64,000 nt of DNA from Candidatus Chisholmbacteria bacterium RIFCSPHIGHO2_01_FULL_52_32 (GCA_001816585.1 MHCJ01000006.1:40-64039), one strand, 5' to 3'. Shown: positions 29,469 to 38,476, counted from the first letter of the stretch. The notes: generated from the sequence alone by a model not told the origin. Program-made: numbers and translations.

Positions 29469-30316
29469 TATCTCTGGCACGTTGTGCAGAAGTACGTCCC
29501 TCTCCCTCCCATCATCGTTTTCTTGATAGTGCCGGAGCAGCCTTCCCGTAGGCATCGCTTCCCTTCCCGATCATACACCATATAGTGCTCCTGATATTGT
29601 CCTTTTCGGCCCAACACATCCCGGTACGCATTCGTACTCGATCCCCCATACTTCATTCCCTCCTCAAAAACCCTAAGGGTACACTCAAAAAGCACCTTTG
29701 CCTCTGAAGAAGCAAGCTGACGAGCTTTTCTGTCCGGCCGGATCTTCGCGCAAAACAGTGATTCATTCGCGTAAATGTTCCCCACGCCGGAAATCCGTTC
29801 CTGATCCATCAAAAGAAGTTTTACCGGCCGACCGATTTTGCGCAATATCGCCTCAAACTGCTGCGCATTGAGGGTCTTGCCCGGCTCAGGTCCTAATTTG
29901 GCCACAAACGGAAGCCTGTTAACCTCCGAAGTCTTGACCGCCTGTACCCATCCGAATCGCCGAATATCATTGAAATAGAGCTTATCGCCGCCCCGGAAAG
30001 TAAATACCACATGGGTATGCTTGCCTGGAAGTGTAGTTAAATCCTCGTCAACCTTAAGATGCGCCGGCTGTTTCTTCCCTCGATAAATAAGCCTGCCAGT
30101 CATCTTAAGGTGAATAGCCAAACTAAAAGCGTTCGAAAGATCGATACAAAGCATCTTGCCAAACCGCCGTACACCAAGAACCCTCCCGCCGATCACCCGC
30201 TTTAAGTCCGATCGGGTGACCTTTGGGGTGATCACTTCAACAGCAGTAATGGTTGAATCTGAAATGTAACGGGAGAGTCCACGACCAAGGAGTTCAACCT
30301 CCGGGAGTTCAGGCAT
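29468..30316 (-). CDS. mutM: Formamidopyrimidine-DNA glycosylase.
   Basis: N-terminal MPELPEVE (catalytic Pro2/Glu3), an H2TH region, and a C-terminal zinc finger CxxC...CxxC. Confidence 0.85.
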   Translation of the reverse strand: MPELPEVELLGRGLSRYISDSTITAVEVITPKVTRSDLKRVIGGRVLGVRRFGKMLCIDLSNAFSLAIHLKMTGRLIYRGKKQPAHLKVDEDLTTLPGKHTHVVFTFRGGDKLYFNDIRRFGWVQAVKTSEVNRLPFVAKLGPEPGKTLNAQQFEAILRKIGRPVKLLLMDQERISGVGNIYANESLFCAKIRPDRKARQLASSEAKVLFECTLRVFEEGMKYGGSSTNAYRDVLGRKGQYQEHYMVYDREGKRCLREGCSGTIKKTMMGGRGTYFCTTCQR

Positions 30317-30770
30317 AGGGGGAAAGTCGGGCCAAACGTGCGTGCCGTTTTGCTTGAATCATTCGCCAACTCTGGAGGGTCCCAATCCAAATAGGCAGCC
30401 AAGAAAAATTCTTCTTCATGCGGTAGTTATGGAACGCATCGGTCGAAAGATGCGTCCAGTACCCAAATGCCCACACCCACGTCAGCGGTGTGTAATAGAC
30501 CAAAACGGTGAAGATAATCCCGAATTCCAAAGTATGGAAAAGGTAAAACCGCTGCCTTCGGTTATCCCAATCTTTTCTGACAAGCTTCGAGACCTTTCTG
30601 TAAGAAAGGGTCCGTTCCATAAAGATATGGTAGAGAAAGTGATCTGCGTCGATGAGAAAGCTTGCAATGACCGCAGGGGAAAGTGTTGAAAAAAGAACCG
30701 GAAGACCGGCAATCTTCAGAGCTGCAACGCCTAAGATCGTATTCGCCACCGCATGCCGTCTGTAATGCAT
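30309..30770 (-). CDS. Membrane-bound metal-dependent hydrolase-like protein (YdjM/DUF457-like).
   Basis: 153 aa, hydrophobic, with DADH and H..D motifs. Confidence 0.4.
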   Translation of the reverse strand: MHYRRHAVANTILGVAALKIAGLPVLFSTLSPAVIASFLIDADHFLYHIFMERTLSYRKVSKLVRKDWDNRRQRFYLFHTLEFGIIFTVLVYYTPLTWVWAFGYWTHLSTDAFHNYRMKKNFSWLPIWIGTLQSWRMIQAKRHARLARLSPYA

Positions 30771-30926
30771 AAATTGAAGCCTCCCCGGCTTAAAAGGCCA
30801 ATGTTTCCTTCAATGGTTAGGCTGAAACCCCGTACCGACCAGTCTGATCCAGTCTGACTGGGCAACCACGTTTGACGCGGCTGGTCTGGTACTGGGGTAA
30901 AGTATACCAGTTATAGAGGAAAGCGA

Positions 30927-32069
30927 CTACACGACCTTCCCTTTCGTCACGCACTGCTCCACAAATTCCCTCATCTCCCGCTTGAAGCGCTCCTTAGAAA
31001 ACCTCTGCGCCTCTTTCTGTATCTCTTCAACTTTAAACTTTTCACTTTGAACTTTGAACTTTCTTATCGCCCCAACCAACCCCTCAACGGTATAGTCATC
31101 GAAAAAGACACCGGTCTTACCCTCGACAACCGACTCAACGTACCCTCCGCCGCGATAGGCCACCACCGGCGTCCCGTAGGCCATCGCTTCAACCGGCGTA
31201 ATTCCAAAATCCTCGTCCTCTGCCGTGGCAAGAAATGCCCGAGCTCCGGCGTACAGCTCGGCCAAACGCTCATCGGCTACTTCCCCGAGAAACTCAATAG
31301 TATCCCCTGCCATCTGCCGTAAACGCCTTCCCGCCGACCCCCACCCTGCCGGTTTGCCGACGATCTTCAGGGATATACGCATCCGGTTCGCGGCTTCGAC
31401 GGCAAGCTCCAGCCCCTTCCCACCCACAATCCTCGAAACAACCAGATAATAGTCTCTACCATCTTGTTTCTTGTTTCTTGTTACATGTTTCTGTATCTCA
31501 ACCGGCGGATAAATCACCGTTGCCTCTTTGCGGTAGAACTTCTCAATCCGCTTCGCAACATTCTTCGAATTCGCTACAAAAAAATCCACTCGTTGGGCCG
31601 CCCGAAAATCGTACATTCTCAGGAAATGTCCGACAATCATCCCGTACACCCGCACCGGCCAATATCGGCGCCACTCAACCGAAGTTTGATACCCGTAGAG
31701 GTACCTTGGTGGCGTGTGGCAGTAACAAACCTCAACCGTATTCGGCCCCCTTCGAAATCCTTTCGTGATATACCAGTTTGCACTTGAGATCACAACATCA
31801 TAGTTTGAATAATTAAACTGCCTCCATACCAAAGGGGAAAGAAACCGTAAAGGGCTGGCAAGTCGCGAGGCAAAGGGAATCCAATGGAACCAAGAAACTC
31901 GAATATCTTTATCTCGGAAGCGCTCCCAAGCGGAAGAGTTTCGTAAGTAGTACGCCGTATAAATCGGCGCTTCCTGCCAGATTTCACTCAAGGCCAGAAG
32001 TACCCGCTCCGCCCCACCAAATTCATGAAGATAGTCATGAACCAGTGCAACACGCAACGTATCTCTCAT
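30927..32069 (-). CDS. Glycosyltransferase, GT-B fold (GT4-like).
   Basis: The C-terminal E-x7-E region (EDEDFGITPVEAMAYGTPVV) is typical of GT4. Two in-frame heptamer inserts: KFKVQSEKFKV and TRNKKQD. Confidence 0.8.
   Translation of the reverse strand: MRDTLRVALVHDYLHEFGGAERVLLALSEIWQEAPIYTAYYLRNSSAWERFRDKDIRVSWFHWIPFASRLASPLRFLSPLVWRQFNYSNYDVVISSANWYITKGFRRGPNTVEVCYCHTPPRYLYGYQTSVEWRRYWPVRVYGMIVGHFLRMYDFRAAQRVDFFVANSKNVAKRIEKFYRKEATVIYPPVEIQKHVTRNKKQDGRDYYLVVSRIVGGKGLELAVEAANRMRISLKIVGKPAGWGSAGRRLRQMAGDTIEFLGEVADERLAELYAGARAFLATAEDEDFGITPVEAMAYGTPVVAYRGGGYVESVVEGKTGVFFDDYTVEGLVGAIRKFKVQSEKFKVEEIQKEAQRFSKERFKREMREFVEQCVTKGKVV
31030..31064. repeat. Tandem heptamer repeat (ACTTTRA/ACTTTTC-like), inside the GT4 gene and in frame.
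   Basis: actttaaacttttcactttgaactttgaactttc. Confidence 0.8.
31462..31492. repeat. Tandem heptamer repeat (TCTTGTT), inside the GT4 gene and in frame.
   Basis: tcttgtttcttgtttcttgttacatgtttc. Confidence 0.8.
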
Positions 32070-32092
32070 TACTCCTTACTCCTTACACCTCC

Positions 32093-33061
32093 CTAAAACA
32101 TCTCCTCCTGCACCATCTGCTCAAACGAATCGTCAGGAAGACGGGGGATTAAGGTGGTAAATTCGAGCGCTCGGAACTTCTCGACAGCCTTTTCCTTATC
32201 GTAATCCGAAACAACACACTTCCCAAGATCAAGCACGATGGGAGCATCGGTCGCAATCGTAGCAAGCTTCATGGAAAGATGAGCAGACTCCTTTCCATCG
32301 GCCAATTTCTGAAACACCGCTTCACCAAATTTCGTTTTGATTTCTTTAAGGTGGTGATAAACCCTGCCCAAGTCACCGTAGGTTTGAATAAGCGTTGTTG
32401 CTGTCTTTGGTCCGATGCCCTTTACCCCGGGAATTTCATCTGATGAATCTCCGGCAAGTGCTTTAAAATCGGTCAGCTGCTGCGGAGTCAGCCCATACCG
32501 CTCCATCACGACATCGACATCCCAAAGCGTTGCTGCCTGTTTTCCCCTTCCGGGAGTGTAGACCACCACGCGTTTCCCCTCCACGAGTTGCAGAGCATCG
32601 CGATCCCCTGTTACAATCACAACTTCAATATCATTTTTTTTCCCTCTGCCTTTCACCCTTTGCCCTTTGCCGTGAGCCGCTTGTTTCACGAGCGTTGCAA
32701 TCACATCATCCGCTTCATACCCTTCCAGCGAAAAAATTGGGATATTGAGGATCGACACGATCTCCCAAACCCGTTCCTGTTGACTCGCAAGGTCGGCCGG
32801 CATCTCTGGCCGATGGGCCTTATAGCCCTTGTACTCCACATGGCGAAAGGTCGGTTTGTCCCGATCGAAGCAAACCACAAGGTGGGAAGGCGAAAGCTCG
32901 CGAATGACAGAAAGAAGAATGTTGGTAAATCCATAGACGGCGTTAATCAATTCCCCTTTTCTCGTCGTCAGGGGCGGGTACGCATGAAAGGCCCGGAATA
33001 GCACCGAATGTCCATCAATCAGAACCAGTCGCTTTTGTTGATCGGATTTTCCTCGATTCAT
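32093..33061 (-). CDS. Stand-alone 5'-3' exonuclease (DNA polymerase I N-terminal-domain-like, FEN family).
   Basis: ...LVLIDGHSVLFRAFHA... plus an H3TH region (GIGPKTA). An in-frame insert HGKGQRVKGRGKK is encoded by a CTTTGCC-type repeat at 32648-32672. Confidence 0.8.
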   Translation of the reverse strand: MNRGKSDQQKRLVLIDGHSVLFRAFHAYPPLTTRKGELINAVYGFTNILLSVIRELSPSHLVVCFDRDKPTFRHVEYKGYKAHRPEMPADLASQQERVWEIVSILNIPIFSLEGYEADDVIATLVKQAAHGKGQRVKGRGKKNDIEVVIVTGDRDALQLVEGKRVVVYTPGRGKQAATLWDVDVVMERYGLTPQQLTDFKALAGDSSDEIPGVKGIGPKTATTLIQTYGDLGRVYHHLKEIKTKFGEAVFQKLADGKESAHLSMKLATIATDAPIVLDLGKCVVSDYDKEKAVEKFRALEFTTLIPRLPDDSFEQMVQEEMF

Positions 33062-33097
33062 AAAGGTAATTCTATCACAAGCCCCCAGAGGAAAAAG

Positions 33098-33122
33098 AAA
33101 ACCTCCGCTTCTCTCGGAGGCT
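33098..33122 (-). terminator. Rho-independent terminator downstream of ftsH.
   Basis: On the minus strand, a hairpin cctccgagagaagcggagg followed by a U-rich tract. Confidence 0.4.
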
Positions 33123-33156
33123 CAAGTATTGCCGAAAATCTCCATTTCTTATTTAA

Positions 33157-33235
33157 TCCTGAGCGAACGCGTCTTGAGTGACCTGTGGTGAGCGAAGTCG
33201 AACCAAATCGAAGGAGTCGAAGGACTATTCACCCT
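33157..33235. repeat. Interspersed element, copy B: aatcctgagcgaacgcgtcttgagtgacctgtggtgagcgaagtcgaaccaaatcgaaggagtcgaaggact.
   Basis: About 85% identical to 15838-15912. Confidence 0.65.
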
Positions 33236-33291
33236 GATCCGCCAACCCTGTTACCGTCTGGTACAGGGCCAGCTGGCGCACGAAGGACTTC

Positions 33292-35208
33292 CTAGTCTCT
33301 ACCCTTTTCTCCCGAAGGCGGTTGCGCCTTTGGCATCCCCATGATCTTCTCAAACTCTTCTCCGTCTAAAGATTCCTTCTTCACAAGCTCTGCAGCAACA
33401 GCATCAAGTTGCTCTCGATATTTGGTCAAAATCTTTACAGCTTCTTTGTAAGCTACATCAACGATTTTCTTGATCTCCACATCAACCTTCGCCTGCATCT
33501 CCTGAGAAAGCTGGCTTGGTTCAACGATCGCTCGCCCCCATTCGGAGGCATCCCATTGCGGTCCCAAGTTGACGGGTCCGATATCGCTCATCCCGTAATC
33601 CTCAACCATACTTCGCGCAATCCGGGTCACTTTATCGATATCGCTTGCCGCGCCCCCCGTCAATTCCGAAAATACCAGCTCCTCAGCCGCCCGTCCTCCC
33701 AAAAGAGTCTTGATCGTATCCAAAAGCTCACTCCTTGTTTGGGTATACTTATCCTTCTCCGGAGGCATGAGGGTAAATCCAAGCGCGAGTCCCCGCGAAA
33801 CGATGCTAACCCGATGCACGCGATCGGAATACGAGGAAAGATGCCCGACCACGGCGTGTCCACCCTCATGATATGCCGTCATTCGCCGTTCATAATCGCC
33901 CTGGAGTCTCTTCTTTTCCGGTCCCAACTTCACCTTGGTTGCCGCCTCCTCGATATCGCTCGTATCCACGGAGTGTTTATCAACCCGCGCCGCCAAAATT
34001 GCCGCTTCGTTGAGCATATTCTCAAGGTCAGCTCCAGAAAACCCAACCGTCCGTTTGGCAACTTTATCCCAATCAACATCTCGGGAAATCGGCTTCCCCT
34101 TCGCATGAATGAGAAGCACGCGCTTTCGCTCTTCGATATCGGGAAGGTCAAGGGTGACTCGTCGATCGAACCGCCCGGGCCGTAAAAGCGCAGGATCCAA
34201 AAGATCCCCGCGATTCGTCGCTGCAAGCACAATCACATTGTCATTCGGAGTAAATCCATCCATTTCAACTAAAATTTGATTTAAGGTCTGCTCGCGTTCA
34301 TCATGGCCTCCGGCAACTCCCAATCCGCGGACCCGACCAATCGCATCAATCTCATCGATAAAAATGATGGCGGGAGATGACCGCTTTGCAGTATCAAACA
34401 GATCCCGCACCCTGGATGCCCCAACGCCGACAAGCATTTCCATAAACTCTGACCCTGCCATGGAGAAAAAGGGGACCCCCGCCTCCCCCGCGACCGCCCG
34501 CGCGAGTAAGGTCTTCCCGGTTCCGCTTGGTCCAACCAAAAGAACGCCTTTGGGAGTCCGCGCACCCAATCGGCTGTATTTCCGAGGATGCTTAAGGAAA
34601 TCCACCACCTCTTCAAGCTCCTTCTTTGCTTCGGCCACCCCACCGACATCGGCAAAGGTCACCGTCTGTCGGCCCTTTGAAAAGAGTTTGGCTTTGCTCC
34701 GACCGAAGGTAAACAGACTGTCTTGGGCTCCCCTCGCTTGCCTGATCAAAAAGAGGAAAAATAATCCCATGAAGAGAAGGGGTAAAACCGTTCCCGCGAT
34801 GTCCCACCAAACCCGTCCCATGCTCTGATCATGTACCTCAATCGTCACGGACTGGGGATCGACATCTGAGTTCTTCAAAATCTCTACCAACGTCTCGTTT
34901 CCTTCCTTCCGCGAGGTTCGCTGTTCTCCCCCTCGATAGGTCAAAATGAGACGCTCCCCGTCCACCCCAACCTTCTCCACCCGCGAGTTACCGATGTCCG
35001 AGATTGCTTGAGATAATGGAATCTCCTCAGTTACAGACTTCGCCGCGAGGAATGAAAGAATAAACGGGGTAAAAAGAAAGAGCAGAATCACCCACAGAAA
35101 AATCCGCTTCGGGTTGAAATGAAGCCGCAGTTCCATCCGCCGCATCTTCCGGGGCATTTGGGGTGGTTGGGGTGGTTGAGGTGGAGGGACAGTTTGTTGG
35201 TCTTCCAT
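33292..35208 (-). CDS. ftsH: ATP-dependent zinc metalloprotease FtsH.
   Basis: AAA Walker A GPSGTGKT, the second region of homology, and zinc-binding HEGGH. The ORF-track start (35289) overlaps the upstream gene, so Met 35208 is the more likely start. A PPQ-encoding 9-nt tandem repeat lies at the 5' end. Confidence 0.9.
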   Translation of the reverse strand: MEDQQTVPPPQPPQPPQMPRKMRRMELRLHFNPKRIFLWVILLFLFTPFILSFLAAKSVTEEIPLSQAISDIGNSRVEKVGVDGERLILTYRGGEQRTSRKEGNETLVEILKNSDVDPQSVTIEVHDQSMGRVWWDIAGTVLPLLFMGLFFLFLIRQARGAQDSLFTFGRSKAKLFSKGRQTVTFADVGGVAEAKKELEEVVDFLKHPRKYSRLGARTPKGVLLVGPSGTGKTLLARAVAGEAGVPFFSMAGSEFMEMLVGVGASRVRDLFDTAKRSSPAIIFIDEIDAIGRVRGLGVAGGHDEREQTLNQILVEMDGFTPNDNVIVLAATNRGDLLDPALLRPGRFDRRVTLDLPDIEERKRVLLIHAKGKPISRDVDWDKVAKRTVGFSGADLENMLNEAAILAARVDKHSVDTSDIEEAATKVKLGPEKKRLQGDYERRMTAYHEGGHAVVGHLSSYSDRVHRVSIVSRGLALGFTLMPPEKDKYTQTRSELLDTIKTLLGGRAAEELVFSELTGGAASDIDKVTRIARSMVEDYGMSDIGPVNLGPQWDASEWGRAIVEPSQLSQEMQAKVDVEIKKIVDVAYKEAVKILTKYREQLDAVAAELVKKESLDGEEFEKIMGMPKAQPPSGEKGRD

Positions 35209-35212
35209 AACT

Positions 35213-35575
35213 TTATCGAATGGTTGTTCCTGGGACAACCTCCTCTTGAGGGCTGATGAGGATCGGCTTTTCTTCACAGTCCGCTGCAAGCAGCATCCCG
35301 GAAGAAGTTAGCCCTCGAATCTCTTTCTCCTCTAAATTAACCACAACAACAATCTGCTTTCCCACTAGATCCGAGGTCGTATGGCTTTTTCGAAGCCCTG
35401 CTATCAACTGCCGCTTCCCGACTTCACCTAAATCAACAGTAATCTTTAAAAGGTTATCCGCACCCTCAACAGGATCCGCGGTTTGTATGGTACCAACCCG
35501 CAGATCAAGCCTGGAAAAATCGGAAAACGGGATTGTGGCCTTCACTGTGGAAGTATACCACAGCGAAACGGACAA
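35213..35575 (-). CDS. tRNA-binding-domain protein (CsaA/EMAP/Myf-like OB fold).
   Basis: 120 aa with ...LDLRVG.I......P.ADKL......DLGE... and ...LLAAD.... Matches tRNA-binding proteins. Confidence 0.6.
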   Translation of the reverse strand: MSVSLWYTSTVKATIPFSDFSRLDLRVGTIQTADPVEGADNLLKITVDLGEVGKRQLIAGLRKSHTTSDLVGKQIVVVVNLEEKEIRGLTSSGMLLAADCEEKPILISPQEEVVPGTTIR

Positions 35576-35609
35576 CGGAATCGAAATTCCATAAAAGAAA
35601 CAGAAAAAA

Positions 35610-36599
35610 TCATCCTAAACCAACCTTCCCCCGCACTCTATCAAGTGTCTCCCTGGCAATACGCCGGGCTTTTTCGGAACCCTCACGAAGCACCCGATCA
35701 ACATACGGCTGATCCTCCGTAAGCAAGTTCCGACGGCGCTGGAACGGCTCAAGCTCCCGGTGAATCGCCTCAGAAAGCTCATCCTTCAAAGCTTGATACC
35801 GAATCCCCTCCGACCGATACTGCGCTTCACACGTCCGCCTCCGATCCTCTCCCATAAACAACCCAACCAACACCAGAAGGTTCGCCACCCCTCCTTTCTC
35901 AGGGACTTTCTCTCCCTTCCCTGAATCGGTCGGGACCGTAGCCAGCCGCTTGCGAATCGTAGAAAGGTCATCGGTGAGCGTGATATAACTCCCCGAAACA
36001 GACTTGCTCATTTTACCCTCCCCAACCAGGCTCGGAACATATCCCCCCGACGTCTCAAACCGCTGCGGCTCGGGAAAATCCGTGCCGTAGGTTTGGTTCA
36101 TCTTACGGGCAATCTCCCTGGCAATCTCAAGGTGCGGCTCCTGATCAACCCCAACCGGCACCAGCTCCGCCTTGTAAGCAAGGATATCTGCCGCCATCAG
36201 AATTGGATAGTTCAAAAGTGCCATCGTCACGGCTTTGGGGTATTGCTTGACCTTATCCTTAAATGTTGGCAAGTGCTGCATGCGGGCAACGGAAACAACC
36301 GTAGCAAAATAGAAGGCAAGCTCCGTATGCTCCGGCACATCCGATTGAGCAAAGATGATGCTGCGTTTTGGATCCAACCCGGCTGCCAGATAATCCATGA
36401 CAACTTCCCGTCGGTTGACCCGCAGCTCCTCGGGATCGTACGGGGTTGTCATCGTATGCAAATCCGCAATCATGTACAGGGTTTCGTAGTCGGGATTATC
36501 CTGCAAGGAAAGCATACCTTTCACAGCCCCAAGGTAATTCCCGAGGTGTAATCGTCCGGTTGCGCGGATACCTGATAATACCCGTTTCTTCCCGCTCAT
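35610..36599 (-). CDS. trpS: Tryptophan--tRNA ligase.
   Basis: Class I HIGH (GRLHLGNY) and KMSKS motifs. 329 aa. Confidence 0.9.
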   Translation of the reverse strand: MSGKKRVLSGIRATGRLHLGNYLGAVKGMLSLQDNPDYETLYMIADLHTMTTPYDPEELRVNRREVVMDYLAAGLDPKRSIIFAQSDVPEHTELAFYFATVVSVARMQHLPTFKDKVKQYPKAVTMALLNYPILMAADILAYKAELVPVGVDQEPHLEIAREIARKMNQTYGTDFPEPQRFETSGGYVPSLVGEGKMSKSVSGSYITLTDDLSTIRKRLATVPTDSGKGEKVPEKGGVANLLVLVGLFMGEDRRRTCEAQYRSEGIRYQALKDELSEAIHRELEPFQRRRNLLTEDQPYVDRVLREGSEKARRIARETLDRVRGKVGLG

Positions 36600-36635
36600 A
36601 GTGCTCCTACTTTATCATAATATGAGCCCCAGTCT

Positions 36636-36839
36636 TCAATACTGTCCTGGAGCATCTCCACTAATGCGATGGATTTCTTCTCGGACATCGGCTAACCTCT
36701 GCGCCACCGCTTTAACGGTATCATGGTCGTTGTTCTCAACAGCCTGAAACAGTGCCGCATCAAGCACAACAAGCTGTTGTCCGAGAACGTCAGGGGCCTG
36801 AGTTTCTTCCACACCTCTCCGTCCGCTTTCCATTACCAT
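36636..36839 (-). CDS. Hypothetical small protein between the candidate T-box leader and trpS.
   Basis: 67-aa ORF with non-repetitive composition. Confidence 0.25.
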   Translation of the reverse strand: MVMESGRRGVEETQAPDVLGQQLVVLDAALFQAVENNDHDTVKAVAQRLADVREEIHRISGDAPGQY

Positions 36840-36871
36840 ATTTTCTCACCTCCTTTCAAGCAATTGGCCAT

Positions 36872-37170
36872 AAAAAAACCCTTACGGATTTCCAAACGAT
36901 TATTGGAAACCTGCAAGGGCCCTTCAATTCCGCTTTAGGGCGGTGCCACCTCGCTTTTCCCTGTGAGATAAGCAAGCTATCTCACGGGACTCATTCATGA
37001 CGTGCTCCGCGAGTATACCCCGAGTTTATCGAGGGGCGACACACGCTGCAGTCTTTCTACGGTTTCGCCTCCGTCCCGCTATTTTGGCGGACAGCTCCCC
37101 GGTCCCAACCTTACCGGATCATCGCTTTTGTTCACTTATGGTAACGATCTTATTGTACAAAACTTGTCAA
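36872..37170 (-). promoter_or_regulatory. Candidate T-box riboswitch leader, Trp-type, ending in an intrinsic terminator, upstream of trpS.
   Basis: The minus-strand RNA contains AAAAGCGAGGUGGCACCGCCC, which matches the T-box core GGUGGNACCGC. The UGGC segment would pair with the tRNA-Trp 3' end GCCA. A long hairpin plus U7 terminator follows (cccuugcagg...ccguaaggguuuuuuu). A GAUGA K-turn-like motif lies upstream. Stem I and the specifier were not rigorously folded. Confidence 0.4.
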
Positions 37171-37176
37171 GCTCTG

Positions 37177-37249
37177 TGCTAGGGGTGGGATTCGAACCCA
37201 CGACCTATCGCTTATGAAACGACCGCTCTGCCACTGAGCTACCCTAGCA
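37177..37249 (-). tRNA. tRNA with anticodon CAU, either elongator Met or Ile2/lysidine. They cannot be distinguished by eye.
   Basis: Minus-strand cloverleaf: GCUAGGG / UA / GCUC-AGUGGCAGA-GAGC / GUCGU-UUCAUAA-GCGAU / AGGUC / GUGGG-UUCGAAU-CCCAC / CCCUAGC-A. Confidence 0.85.
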
Positions 37250-37261
37250 ACACCTCAAAAT

Positions 37262-37295
37262 TGTACCAAAAAGAAAGCCCCGAAAGAAATCAGGG
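37262..37295 (-). terminator. Intrinsic terminator immediately downstream of tRNA-fMet.
   Basis: Minus strand: aagccc-ugauuucuuuc-ggggcuu followed by ucuuuuugg. Confidence 0.45.
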
Positions 37296-37578
37296 CTTGA
37301 GTGTTGCGGGGCCAGGAGTTGAACCTGGTCTGCGAGATTATGCGTGTTGTTTTCTCCAGTTTCCTGGAGTACCGGACTATGTCTTAACCCGTTAGATAAT
37401 CATAATCACATATCTAATGGGTTCCTGGCGTATAGTCTCTACGGATTCCCATTCAAGGTCTTTCCTCGGCGTTGCCGTACTCAGTTCATGAGGGTAGGTT
37501 TCGCCGATATAGCCAGGTGCACTCCATCAATTACTCGATAGAGGGCCCATCATTGAGCCTCACGTGCTACCGTACACT
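37296..37578 (-). tRNA. Initiator tRNA-fMet (CAU) interrupted by a group I intron in the anticodon loop.
   Basis: 5' exon CGCGGGGUAGUGUACGGUAGCACGUGAGGCU. 3' exon CAUAAUCUCGCAGACCAGGUUCAACUCCUGGCCCCGCAA. The C1 x A72 mismatch and the CGCGGGG...CCCCGCAA acceptor are initiator hallmarks (compare E. coli tRNAfMet CGCGGGG...CCCCCGCAACCA). The spliced anticodon loop is CUCAUAA. Confidence 0.7.
37335..37547 (-). ncRNA. Group I intron of about 213 nt inserted between U33 and C34 of tRNA-fMet.
   Basis: The 5' exon ends in U (the P1 U-G pair) and the intron ends in G. The core elements resemble the R and S elements as I recall them from group I introns such as Tetrahymena's (written from memory): GUAGAGACUAUACG against an R-like ucAGAGACUAnA, and UAAGACAUAGUCCGG against an S-like AAGAUAUAGUCC. 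An IGS-like GGGCCCUC can pair with the exon end GAGGCU. Confidence 0.65.
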
Positions 37579-37734
37579 ACCCCGCGCGTTGTCAAAACGA
37601 GCCAATTTTACCAAATTCCTCTGGAAAAATCAACCTAAAAAAACGTCTCTCTCTAAACGCATTTCAATTGGACCAAGAAGCATGAAGTATTGAGTAAGAA
37701 GGAAATAAACTCGCTTTGGGGATCTCTTCTTGAA

Positions 37735-37920
37735 TACCCTTTGAACGCAGCTACTCGAGAACGACGTGAGCGAATACCATTAAGATGTCATCGACTGTCC
37801 GACGAAGGGTTTATCCCGAGAAGTTTGATGACAAAGGATGAGCGAACGAGCTCCCGAGAGACCGTTCACTGGGGCGTCATTCTTTGGTTACTTTCTTAGA
37901 CGAGTAAGAAAGTAATAAAT
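37735..37920. repeat. Copy C3 of the roughly 190-bp repeat family.
   Basis: accctttgaacgcagctactcgagaacgacgtgagcgaat...cgttcactggggcgtcattctttggttactttcttagacgagtaagaaagtaat. Confidence 0.55.
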
Positions 37921-38036
37921 CTGCTTGGGAAAAAGAATAAAAACTAATTTGGGAAACTAAACAAGAGACAGCATCCCTTAAGAACAACAATCTCGCCCTC
38001 CAGCAGTCAGAGTCAAACTCACGACGAGTTTGGGTG

Positions 38037-38417
38037 TTATCTGAAGAAACCGAACACTTGAGCCCACTTCTCCCAATTCGCCAAGTCCTCTTTCGCACTG
38101 TTTTGGTCTTTGTCGGAAGTAGGCCCCGCCTGTCCTGTCTGATCGTTATCAGGCGGAAGAAGCATGACGACCTCTCCGGGTTTTCCCATCAAGAGCTTCT
38201 CCCTCGCCTCCTTCTCAACGAATTCATCGCCCGAAACATACTGGAGCTTCTCCGCCAAGTCCCGTTGCTCCTGCTCAAGTTTTGCTACCTCGGCCTCCTC
38301 CTGAATGATCCGCTCCCGCTTAGATAGAAGATCCAGAAGATCCCTTGAGAGGGCAACGATGAAATAGATCCCAAGAAGCAGTGCCAAAATACTAAAGGCT
38401 TGTCGGCGCATTGACAC
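38037..38417 (-). CDS. FtsB/DivIC-like septum-formation initiator.
   Basis: N-terminal TM, a coiled coil, and ...YVSGDEFVEKEAREKLLMGKPGEVVM..., the family signature. Confidence 0.6.
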   Translation of the reverse strand: MSMRRQAFSILALLLGIYFIVALSRDLLDLLSKRERIIQEEAEVAKLEQEQRDLAEKLQYVSGDEFVEKEAREKLLMGKPGEVVMLLPPDNDQTGQAGPTSDKDQNSAKEDLANWEKWAQVFGFFR

Positions 38418-38476
38418 ACATCCTCGTCAATGGTATTATAAGATAGTTTATTACAGGATAATAAGGCGTAAACGGT

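Noticed and set aside
33409-34185. Long plus-strand ORFs antisense to ftsH, the P-type ATPase, the TraD-like gene, nrdJ and others (for example 33409..34185, 20602..21405, 40112..41029, 46406..46825, 26683..27225)
   Set aside because: They lie entirely within well-supported minus-strand genes, have biased low-complexity composition and carry no motifs. They are typical shadow ORFs.
36872-37170. RNase P RNA, SRP RNA or 6S RNA in the 330-nt gap upstream of trpS
   Set aside because: No P4 AGGAAAGUCCGG / ACAGAA motifs and no SRP GGAAGCAGC helix-8 motif. A T-box-like GGUGGCACCGC plus terminator fits better.
37296-37578. tmRNA (ssrA), suggested by the T-arm plus acceptor at the 3' end followed by a terminator
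   Set aside because: There is no GGGG...UUCGAC 5' domain and no recognisable tag reading frame. The 5' and 3' ends instead reconstruct an initiator tRNA with a C1 x A72 mismatch, and the middle carries group I R/S core sequences.
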